A stretch of 63,068 nt of DNA, filler included, from Hyphochytrium catenoides (Eukaryota; Protista; Hyphochytriomycota): the NCBI GenBank assembly GCA_900088475.1. It is 10 parts of 10 records of this genome, joined end to end, with 100 filler letters (N's around TTAATTAATTAA, not from the genome) between each part and the next. Parts side by side here need not be neighbours in the genome. Positions count along the whole stretch, not along the records: positions 34,175 to 60,688 come from FLMG01001231.1; 9 more parts are not named here. One strand, 5' to 3'. Both the position numbers and the translations under genes were made by a program. Of the stretch, positions 36,697 through 48,693 are shown in pieces. How positions within the stretch are numbered: the stretch's first letter is position 1; each line of letters starts with the position of its first letter. The notes beneath the pieces were generated by a model. The model did no database searches. It was not told the DNA's origin and worked only from the letters and a program-made list of their open reading frames with translations.

Positions 36697-36824
36697 GAAG
36701 AATCACGGGTAAGATGATGGCCGATGAGGCGAGAACCCGTACCATCACAAACCCCTTCTGTCCATCTTTCGCAGTGTCGCGCTGTCTCTCCCTCTCTCTC
36801 CCTCTCTCTCCCTCTCTCCCTCTC

Positions 36825-36861
<37 letters not shown>

Positions 36862-38672
36862 TGAAGGTATCATGACACCAAACCTGGTAAAGAAGTAGCG
36901 CACTACGCAAGCGGAAGATACAGCGGCTACATAGAGACCCCAAAGGGTGTGACCAGTTGCACCTGCGCTAGCTCTGGCTTCCTTTTCTTATTTCTCAAGT
37001 TGCACTTTCGCCCCCATCTCTTCTCTGCTATTGTTCTCTCTCTTAATAGATTCCCCGCGCTCTGTCTATTGTGGACGACTAATCTCCTCTCTCTCTTGTC
37101 GCTTCTGTCGTTCTCCCTTGCGGTTCCTGAGTGACTATGTTCCCGCCATGTCGAACTTGTCTTTCCTGCTCTCCCTCTCTCCTCTCAGCTTTGTCCCGGT
37201 CTTCCTTCATTCCCCTTCTTTCGTCTTTCTTTTTATAAAATAAAGAACCTCCTCTCTCTCTCTCTCNNNNNNNNNNNNNNNNNNNNNNNNNNNNNCTCTC
37301 TCTCTCTCTCTCTCTGCCTGTCTGTCTGTCTGTGACTCTTGCTTTCTTTCTTTCTCGTTCTCTCTCGTTCTCTCTCCTTTTCTCCCTCTCTCCATAATCC
37401 TCTCTCTCATCTCTCTCTCTCATCTCTCTCTCTTCTCTCTCTCTCATCTCTCTCTCTCTTCTCTCTCTTTCTTTCTCGCTCTCTTTCTCGCTCTCTCTCT
37501 GCTCCACAGGGATGCACGCCACTTCTTGTCTCAGCAGAGTTCTTGGATGGTTCAGGCGGTTAATCTTTAAGAGTTTATTGCTCATGACGCTAAGACAAGA
37601 GGATACCGGGCGGCATATGACTAGATAAAAGGCAGCATTTTTGGGAGGAAGGGGGTCAAAAGAAACAAAAAGGATTAAATCCCCCTTTTTGTCTTACTGA
37701 GAAAAGCAAAAATATACTGCAAGCATCGATACAGTGTGTATAAGGGCACCAAAATGTCTAACACAAATTATTAGTCAAGAAGAGTCATGGTAGCTGAGCT
37801 TGAGTACGTGGTATTACAAGTAGAAGTTGTGTGAGATATTCCTTGCTCCTCTTTCTTTGTGCCTCTTCAAGTGCAAGAGATGCACTTCTTCTCTTCTTCC
37901 TCTCACTCTTCCCAAGCTCTAGCCCTCTCACTACCCAGTACCACGGCTGCTAGACCGATCTCTCCTATGTAGACTTCCTCCTCTGGAAACAGAGCCGGTG
38001 TATAAATGAAGGAAGAAGGAGGTACCGCCCACGAAAGAGGAGGGTGAGAAGAAAAGTAGTGACCGATGATAGTGAGTGAGAGAAGAGTGACAGAAGCCCA
38101 AGTTGTAGGTGGGACACGGAGAGACACGTGTTGTTTATCGAGGTGTTATGCATCAGTTTGCAAGGACGAGGAGAAGCAGATGTGGAAAAACGGTAGCCGC
38201 ACAGTGATGGACAGAATACTACTCGACGAAGCAGCAAGAGAGAAGAGCTTACAGCTGAGCCCCTAAGCAGCAATATTGAATGACAGAGGTGAACGCAGAA
38301 TTTGACAGGGAAGACGAACATGGTGATCGCCGCAGCTAGCTGGCAGCATGGCTCCAGGAGGAGAGACGAGAGTGACCTTTAACGTTAAATAATAGTCTTT
38401 GAACATGCATCATATCTGCTCTATGGGTCGTTCTCTCGCTCGGTTCCTCTCTCCTCCTTCCTCTCTCCACGCCGCACAATAGCGGCTGTTCATCAGGTCT
38501 GGGACCCACATATGTCCTTTGTCTAGTCAGCCTGAACAGCACAGACTAACCGAAAGCAATAAATATCTCATCGATCGACGAAGAAAGAATGCTCCGCTAG
38601 CAGGAGAAGGAGGCCACAACCAAAGTTAATTCTTCTCTCTCCTTCCGGCTTTGCCTCGTCTCTCAGTCTTCT

Positions 38673-39872
38673 TCAGACGTCTTCCATGTCAAATATTCCA
38701 TCCTCTCCATGGTCTAGTGGAAGGAGAGGGGATAGCATCTCTGCCGCTGCGTAGGCTGACCAGCAAAAGACCGAAGGAGAAGACGGTTCGTGTTGAGAAA
38801 CACGATACCTGTTCTTCCCACAATCATCGGAGGGAGAGATCGCGAAACAAAGGGTTGAGGACGGCTCTATGAGAGAAGGAGAAAGATCGGAGAGAGAAGA
38901 CGCAGTAGAGGGTGCCGGAGAGGAAGAGCAAGTCCGCTGACTGATCTCAGAGAGCCTGCGATTAACTCCCATCTTCCCCTCTTTGGGCGGCCAGTCACTG
39001 GTCCACTCTTTCTCTTCAGGTCTTTCACTCCTTTCTCTCTGCTGCTTGGCTCCAATCTTTTGCAGAGATGGAGAGAAGGAAGAGGGAGAAAGGACGGGTG
39101 AAGAGGGGCACCACTCTTCTTCTTCCTCCTCCTCGTCTTCCCTACAACCGTTATTCCCACATGCCTCATCTCCTGCGAGGCCTTTCTTTTCGTTTTCTCT
39201 ATCCGTTTCTCTCTCTTCTTCTTCTTCTCTCTCATCGTTGAGGCTCCGACGTCGGCTTAGCGGTAAAAAGTCTAATGGGGACCGCGGAGTCAGCGGAATG
39301 GGCACGGGAGCGGAGGGAGGGTAGGGGGAAGAAGACCTCTGTTTCTCGAAGAGAGGACGAGAGACAGGAGAGCAGGAGAGCCATTCTTCCTCTACACCTT
39401 CTCCTCCTGTCTCTTCTCTCTTGCCCTTTCCTTTTGTCGCGAGCAAGGGATGGACGGGAAGTGTCATCTGTGGAGAGATGGAAGAGGGAGACAGAGAGAG
39501 AAAATGCCCATAATAGAGCTGATCTTGCCCCGTTTCTCTTCTTCCATCCTTCGCTAATAATTCGCAGGTTTGGTCGAAATTGCTTCTCTCCTCTCCTCTC
39601 TCTCTTTTCCTTTCTAGGAGGACTTGCGCTGGCCGCCTCGCAAGGGTGGAAGGCGCTCTCTCTTCTTCTTCGCTTGGTCTTGGCGATGAGGAGAACGAGA
39701 CTGGAGAGAGAGAGAGAGTCTGGATATGCTTGGGCCTGTAGTGCTGATAACGATACCCAGCAGCGCAGCCTTCTTCTTCTCTTCTCTCTTCGTCTCTCTC
39801 TCCAGTTTCAGCTATTCTCTCCTGTGGCATCTGGTTCCTCCGTCTGCAGATCGCTGTGGTTGGAGAGACCAT
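38673..39872 (-). CDS. 399-aa single-exon, low-complexity (S/P/E/R-rich) hypothetical protein
   Basis: ATG-initiated 1.2-kb ORF not built on pure dinucleotide runs; disordered composition; ends EDGIFDMEDV*. Confidence 0.5.
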   Translation of the reverse strand: MVSPTTAICRRRNQMPQERIAETGERDEERREEEGCAAGYRYQHYRPKHIQTLSLSPVSFSSSPRPSEEEERAPSTLARRPAQVLLERKRERGEERSNFDQTCELLAKDGRRETGQDQLYYGHFLSLSPSSISPQMTLPVHPLLATKGKGKREETGGEGVEEEWLSCSPVSRPLFEKQRSSSPYPPSAPVPIPLTPRSPLDFLPLSRRRSLNDEREEEEERETDRENEKKGLAGDEACGNNGCREDEEEEEEEWCPSSPVLSPSSFSPSLQKIGAKQQRERSERPEEKEWTSDWPPKEGKMGVNRRLSEISQRTCSSSPAPSTASSLSDLSPSLIEPSSTLCFAISPSDDCGKNRYRVSQHEPSSPSVFCWSAYAAAEMLSPLLPLDHGEDGIFDMEDV

Positions 39873-40755
39873 GGTTCTTGATGTTTTATGATCTCTCTGC
39901 TCGGTCGTCCCTCTCTCTTCTTTCCTCTCGTCTCAGGTCCGCTTGGCAAGGGAAGAGAAAAGGAAAGAAAAGAAAAGAATGGCAGTCGCAGATCTCTCCT
40001 TTCCTGGAATGAAAGACACGCTTTGCGGCGCATCCACTGTCTCTTCTCTCGGTCAAGGAAGAAGACTCTTCTGTCCTCTGTGCAGGAGAGTGGTTCCACG
40101 AGAAAGCACTGATGGTCTGTGAAGCTCGTCGGAGATCCAGCAATGACGCGAGAAGATTGCAGGAGAGAGAACCAAGCGAAAGAGAGAGAGAGAGAGAGAG
40201 AGAGGAAAAGGGGGGAAGAGTAAAGAGTGCAGCAAGCGCAAGCCGCTTTTGCCGTGTCTTCCTCTTACTGCCCTTTCCTTGTTCACCCTCCTCATCCCGT
40301 AATGGTGGTCGTAGCTGTTGCTGTGGACGGAGTTGAAGAACAGGACTTTAACGCTTTCCTTGGTGAGAGACGAAAAGAGAGAGGAACAGAGAGAGAGGAA
40401 AGAGTGAAAGGGAGAGAGGAAGAGAGAGAGGGAGAAGGAAGATTCCTCCTATCCAACAGCCACCAGCCAAAAGTGAACCAGAGTCAAGTGCAGTTGTGTT
40501 GTTGAGTCGAATGGCGGGGCTAGAAGAGGGCGGAGAGGAACACACAGCCACCGCCACCAAGCAGCTGCAGCCTTCTGAATGGGGAAGAGGCACAAGATCA
40601 TTCTCCCTTGCGGTTTGGCCCTTCTCTCTCTCTCATTGGTTCTTTGTTCCCCGTTCTTCATCTCTCTCTTTAGTGCTCCCTTCTCTCTTTCTTGGTGCTC
40701 TCTCTTTCTCTCTCTCCCTTAGTGCTCTCTCTCTCTTTTATAGTGCTCTCTCTCA

Positions 40756-40801
<46 letters not shown>

Positions 40802-41876
40802 CGATGAGCCTGTGTCTTGCATGCTGGAGAAAGAAAGAGCGGAGCAGCTGCACTCAAAAACGGCGACGCTTAGGGACGCTTCAGGTGGCCCAAGGGGTAA
40901 GAATCCCTGATTCCTTGAATAAATACTATTGTTATCAGGTATAAATGACCTCACTATTCTTCATGTTCACAATGATGAAGAACTATCTTCCAACCGCCTC
41001 GATCTTTTAGTGAGGTCTCGCAGTCCAAGAGAGAGAGACAGAGCTCTGTAGAGTGATGATAGATATGAGACAGAGGGGCCAAATATTAATGGTCAGTATT
41101 AGACCGAAACGTATCTTGGGCATCAGAGCCATTGAAGAAGAATGCGGGTGAGATATATCTAGCCTCACATCGTGCTGCAAGTGTCCACTATAGAGATATG
41201 CATTAGCAAGACAGATATTGTTTAACCTCAGTGATAGCTATCGTAATGAGAGCTTAGATGTAGGGTTGCTAGACAGAGCAGAAGATGTTGATCAAGGTAG
41301 GAAGACGGATCTTCGAGGAAGCTGACAACAATAGAAAGAAGGACTTCCTTCTCTTCTCTTGCCCCTCTTTGTCTCACTTGTGACGTTCTCTCTCTCTTTC
41401 TCTCTCTTTCTCTCTCTCGCGTTTTGTCTCTCTCTTTCTCTCTCTCACTCTTCTCTCTCTCACTCTTCTCTCTCTCACTCTTTCTCTCTCTCTCTCTGAC
41501 GCTAGTGATGCTTGCGCTTCCTAGACAAAGAGCGCAAGAAGAGAGAAAAGGAATCTCCCCCATTCTTGGTGGAATGGATGGAGCGCCCAGATGCCTCTTC
41601 TTTCTCTCTTCTCCTCTCTGTCTCCTCCTCCCCTCGTCCCACGAATCTCTCGATGAGGAGAGATTCTCTCTCTTTGTATCTGATGTCGAATCTGTCTCTC
41701 AGAGGGTTCTCACCTCTCTCTTCCCCCATGCGTGTCCTCTCCTCTCTCTCTCTCCCCTCACCCTTTTCTCTTCTCTCCTGCGAGAAAATCCATTGTGGCG
41801 CCAGAGTTCTGTGTGGAAGATGGGTGGCCAGTCTGCCGCCAGCAAAACATCCGACAAAAAGAACCGAGAGGGAAAA

Positions 41877-41907
<31 letters not shown>

Positions 41908-43391
41908 AAGAAAGACAGGTGAACGAATGACGTCGTCTCTTCATGTGTTGGGACGAGGAAGGAGCAGGGGATAGGAAAAAGAAGAGACGAATGACAGGTG
42001 AGAGGGAAAGGAGAGCTTGACCGGCTCTTTTCAAGCCATTTGCATTCCTCTGAAGTGCTCTTTCTCTCTCCCTCTTCTCTCCCTGTCTCTCCCACATGCC
42101 GAGAAGGGAAGGTGAGGAGCAGGGCCAGCTGCGAGCGATTGACTGGCAGACAGACATCGACCGCCGTGACTTGAGGCACATGAGGGCAGAGAGAAAGATT
42201 GGTGAGGAGAGAGAGGGAGAGTGGATGTAAGAAAGAGACATGACAGAAGCTCTCACAAAGCTTCATCCAACGTTATGAGGGGGCTTCAAATCTTTAATAA
42301 CGGGTCAGAGCTGCAGAGAGGGACATGAACGACGTGTCTCTCTTTCTTTTTTCAAGCTCCATCTGGTGATGCGAAGTCTCAGATTATCTGTGAGCTCCAC
42401 AATAGCAGCGGCTCACTTATTATCCCTCTTGTTCTCTGTTTGTCATTTTCTTTTCGCTGTTCTCTCTCTTTTTCTCTCTTGCCGCCAAGGGTTTTTACCG
42501 AGGAGGACGGCAAACAGAGAGAGAGAGAGAGAGTCGCTACTGAGAAACATCGAGGACAAGAGTCCCGTGTGCCGCACTGTTCCTGGCGTTGGACGGAGAG
42601 AAACGAGTTCTGCAATCACACAGCAGTAGTCATCTCTGCGAAAGGGAGAGAAAGGAGGGAAAGTGGGAGACAATGTCTACTAAGAGAAGAGCGACTTTGA
42701 GACAGAGAGGAAGACAGCGATCGCAACAGAGACAGAGAGAGAGAAAGAGAGAGTGCGCACGGCGAGTGTCAGTCGTCTCACTCCGAGCATGTAAAGGTTT
42801 CTTCTCCGTAGTAATGAGTAGACAATATCATCTCTCTCTCTCTCTCCAGTCATAATAAACCCAATAAGCTACCTAGCAATAATTTTGCTGCTACGGTATC
42901 ATTGTCCTTACGGCCAAACAAGGACCGTCGCCGTCTGCCATCTCTCTCCTCCTGCTACTCTTGCCTTTCATCTTCCCTCTCATCGTCTGGATAAAGCGGT
43001 AGAGCTGCAACTACTAGAACGGCTTCAGATGGAAAACGGAAGAAGAAAAGAGACAAGCTGGAGCTTCTTTTTCTTGAAAAAAGAAGTGAGAGCTTGTTGC
43101 CACTCCGCCACAAGGCCGCATAAGGGAGGAGATGGCACATGACGGAGAGAGGTCCACAACGCGGGGAAGACAGGAGGGAAGTTCGAGTGCTTCTACAAAG
43201 AAGTAGTGAGAGATAGAGTGAGAAGAGCTGTCGTCAACGTACTGAACGAGGGCGAGGAAGAGAGAGAGAGATCAACAAAGGACTGTGGGTGGTGCTAATG
43301 ATGAGAACAAGTCACACACAGAGACCGAGAAAGTTACTCTTTCTGAGTAGCACGCTCCTCGTCGTCTGCCTCTTCTTCGAGGAGACACGAA

Positions 43392-44350
43392 CTAAGCCTG
43401 GCCCTGTGGCCGAAGAAGAAGGTTGATCAAGTTGTTTATCATTATTGCGCAGCTCTCTAGAGGCTCAAGACGAGTCTCTTCTGCACGGCAGAAAGACATT
43501 GCAGCCATCACGAGTGCTGTGGCCCATGCTGACGACGAGTGGAGCAAGGATGTCGGTCTTAGTAGACCTCCGTCACGCTTCCTGTGCCGCTCCGCCGTGC
43601 CATTTGTTGACAGCCACACAGTTCCTCTGCATCACCAGTCCTTGCAATTGTGACGTTCCACTCCTCCAGAAGTCTCATCGCCAGAAGTGCATTGCCAAGG
43701 CGCGCGTCATAGCTGAAGAAAGGTGAAGGCTCGCCAGGCGAAGAGTCCAAGCTCCAGAACTTGAGAAGTTCTCTCTGCTGCTTAGAGAGAAAGTCTTTCA
43801 GGCAGTAGACAAGTGAGACGTTGGGGGCCATAGGGAAGGCGGCGCCGGTGAACCGGATGAAAGGGTGGCACTTCTTGTTTGCCCTATCCTGCAGCTGCTG
43901 CTGTGTCTCTCTTCTAGGAGAAGCCGTGGTGACCGGCATACCAAGGCCTGATATCTGACTGAAGACGACCAAGGCGTAGGCATGCAGCAGCGCGGCGGGA
44001 GAAGGATGATGCTCGGCGTCCTCCTTACGTCGGTTGATTTGCTCAGTGATGTAAGTGATGTTCTGCTCGTGCATCAGACAATAGGCCATACTCTCACTGA
44101 CTTCAAAGTATACTCTACCCTCGGGACAGGGCGACGAGGTACTATCATAGCCGCCAGCAGAGAGGGAAGAAGCAGCGATCTTTGGCCCATCAAAGGATCG
44201 CGTCTTCGTACTTTCCTCCTGGAGAAGACTCTGAGCTTGTGGCGAAGAAGATGAAGAGGTTGATGCTGACACGGGAAGAAGAAGGAACAGTCCCGCCTGC
44301 ATAGTCAGCAGACAGAGACGCCAGACTGATAGGCTCGTCGTCATCATGAA
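43392..44350 (-). pseudogene. Intronless putative secreted protein interrupted by a 2-bp duplication frameshift near 43620
   Basis: Hydrophobic N-terminus (WRLCLLTMQAGLFLLLPVSA). Removing one TG from gaactGTGTgg joins ORF 43559-44407 to ORF 43392-43619 (..AEELWLSTNG..). Confidence 0.4.
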
Positions 44351-44986
44351 TTGATGGCTGCAGCAGAAAGTGAAAGCCGCGCAACAAGGAAGGGAAGTCG
44401 TCAACAATTAGCAGAGTTTTATATCACCACGCTTTCTTCTTCCTGTCGTATGCTTGCTGCTTGCCGCCAGACGTCGCTTTCTGCCAGTCACTGTGCTCAA
44501 GCTAGGAAGTTGCTGACTGACTGACTAATGACAAGATGAGAAACCAAGCACCCCGCGGTCCCACGGTCATCATGCTGCTATCATTGCGGTTGGGAACTGT
44601 AGCAAGAGAGGAAAAGCTGTCTAATGTCTGACCCACTGTGTGGGGCCTTGGGTGGATCATCCAGAAGGAGGAGGTCTCTTCCGCTCGTTCATGCATTGTT
44701 GAAGCCTTGTGTTGCCTGTCAACAAACAAAGCAACGACAGCAGGAGGAGCACCAGCCCGTTTATTCTTGTTCTGGTCTAAGTAGGAGTGCTGTCCAATAT
44801 TCTGAAGAGCGGCAATTGGCAGAGGAGAAGGAAGAGAAGCCAGGCAACGAAGTGCAGGCTCAAGAAGAAGAAGAAGAGAATGAGAAGAGAACAGAAAGGT
44901 GAACTGCAGCAGAAGACCGAAGCTGGTAGAAAGATGGCTGTCCTGGGTCCTGGCACACTGATAGGAGAGCGATGGGCTCAGGACAT

Positions 44987-45043
<57 letters not shown>

Positions 45044-45049
45044 NNNGAA

Positions 45050-46750
45050 GACGCTGACGAGAAAAACGCTTTATACGGAATTAGTGTTGATGGAGTGATG
45101 GATTGAGCATTTTTCCAGACCGCCGTAGAGATTTGGGCTTTGAAGTACACTTCTGCTCCGCCAGTCTTCGTCTTCACCTTCATAATGATGATCCTCCAGC
45201 TGATCCTCCTCTCTCTGCAGTCGTCCCTTCCTGCCTGACTCCTCATAACCATGCATCTCTAGCATGAGAGCAGTACTCTGGCATTAGCACTGAGCTGAGT
45301 CCGAACGACAGATGTCGAGGAGCTGTCGTCAGGGTTCAAAGATCGATTGAGACGGAGCGAGGTGGCTTTGGGTTCGCCGGTAAGGGGCCAAGGAAGGAGC
45401 CGGTGTTGGGACGATGATGGGGGATGTTCATAGGGGCGTGGGCAAGATGCACTATTCTCCTAAAGCATTGTCGCCTTTATTAGTACTTATTTTAGTTCCA
45501 GAACGTTGCCCACTCGGGTTCTGTAACGACCCATTTGGGTCTCGGTTGCGCTGTCGTCCTTGTCATTCTCCCCGTTCAGCGGTAAACGCGGGCAGCTGCT
45601 GAATGAATCGGCCATTTTCTTTGCATTGGAAGCATCCTCTCGTCCGAAGAAGGCGTTCACATTCCGCTGGAGTGAGTGGAGCTAGTCAAGGCAGCGACCA
45701 TGACGGTAGGGGGAAGGGTCTCTTCCATGCTGTCGGGGACCTCGCCTCCTGTCAGGAGAGAGGTAACCGCAGGGTGGTGATGTCGGGGTGGTCCCGTCGT
45801 GGGCCACTTGGCTGTGGCACAACGTTCAACAACAATCTTATCGCTCTGGTGCCGGCCATGACGGCCGAAGAGAAGCTTTCGCTCCTTCTTCATGCCCTCT
45901 CGGCGTCCGTCGGGCCCTTACGTTAGTGGAATATTTGGAACCGCACCAGTCGCGGAGGCTCAACGGGTTAGCCTTGTTGTTTGTAGCGTGAAAGTTTTGA
46001 CACCGACACGCCGGGAGGGCATGGCAAGTGCCATAATATTTTTCAGCTCTCTTTTCAGCTCATAGTATAGAAAGAGTTGCTGATGATCGTGACATAATTT
46101 TTTGTGAAAGAATGCTCTTCCTTGTTATTGTCTCGTCAGTATTAACGTAGACGCTTTGAAGAAGAAGAGTAAACAGCCATCCTCCGCCTGCCCAATGACT
46201 GATGCGGAGGTCTTCCCTCCTTTTTTTTCCATCACGCCGGCTACTTCTGCCGATGGATCTGAATAATGCTGTCCGCTCACTGGATAGTGACCCTTTCATC
46301 ACCACTCCTCCTCCTTCTTCTTGCAACTTCCCTTCTTGTACTACTGGAAAAGAAGATGTTACTGATTCTTAGCGACATTATCGCAGGAGAAGAAGAAGAA
46401 GAGAAGATGATCTTTCCTCCTGGTGGTTAGACAGCGGCGATGATGGTAGCACTGCGCATCATCAAGAGGATGATAGGTTTGAGCGAAGAACAAAAGACCC
46501 AGAAAGTGATAGAAAGGCCGTCTTTACATTACTAGCTCAACATCAAGAGATGGACAATGGAGTACAACGCGGTACTACAGCTACAACTACACCATTCTGC
46601 CATAGTGACATAGAGACAGCGTCGCGTGAAGAGGGAAAGCGCCACAGTAACTTTTGCTGCTGGTAGGAGCAGAAGAATTTTCTTCATAATAGTAGTTAGG
46701 CTCTCTTCTTGCAATAGCATTGAAAGTCTTTGGCAAGATTGGAGTAAGAA
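45050..46750 (-). mobile_element. Highly decayed LTR-retrotransposon (Ty3/gypsy-like gag region)
   Basis: Minus strand near 45685-45590 reads LAPLTPAECERLLRTRGCFQCKENG, resembling the gypsy gag LTxEERxRxxxxGxCFxCxxxGH knuckle. The surroundings are full of stops and indels; boundaries are approximate. Confidence 0.45.
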
Positions 46751-47641
46751 TACGTGCAGGGTATAAGCCTCATATTAGGGATATTGTAGTGTAATTATGG
46801 AGAGATGCATAATTCGCAGGTACCTATCCCAGATATCGGCTTCTCGCAGCTCTTTACCTTGAATTTGATGAAGAGACTCAAAAGACAGAGAGGGCGACAG
46901 ACAGAGAGAGGGCGAAAGAGATATTGGAAGGGACCACGATTGAATAAGAATAGAGAGAGAAGGGAGTAGATTGAGCAAGTCAGAGAGGACCATATGCAAG
47001 ACAGAAGAAAACAGAGAAGTGCTTCAATGGGCAATGGGGAGACACCACCATCCAGACAGACATAGGTGGAGAGACACCACAAGTTGCAGAGACAGGTACT
47101 AACTTGCCTTTTACTATATGGGCTAAAGATAAAGAAGGACCATACAGAGTGGGCATTCTGGAGAGACAGAGTATGCGAGAGATAATAGAAGAGAGACCAG
47201 CAGAGCTTCGTCCACGGTCCATGAAGTTTCTGCGCATCGGCTCTGAGACAGAGACAGCCCAGACTGGAGCCTTCAGCTTCATTGACGCCATCGAGTTTCA
47301 CGGAGAGATCAGGCAGAGCAGGCGTTAAGTGGACACTTCAGAGAAAAGCAGTTCAAAAAAGAGACTCAAGAGAAGAGTAAGCGCTTCAAAGATTCTATAA
47401 ATCTTTGGTGTTCAAGCAACCCCCGAGGTGGGCGATTACAAAGAGGAAAGCAAGAGGAACTCTAGAAGAGGAGAGGTACCACGGATCTGCTAATTAGCTC
47501 CTCTACAGCTCCAAAGCTTCGTTCTCTACTCGTCTCTACCTCTCTCTCTTCCCAGATGCAAGGCCCTCTCCTGGCTCACGCCATCCTCTAATCTTGCAAC
47601 CTGCCTCTTATGTTCTTGGCCTAATTTTCTCTTCTAGCAGG

Positions 47642-48693
<1,052 letters not shown>

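Noticed and set aside
36389-38550. Small spliced genes between BT1 and the 399-aa ORF
   Set aside because: Some plausible splice sites exist, but I could not build a consistent model or recognise any homology.
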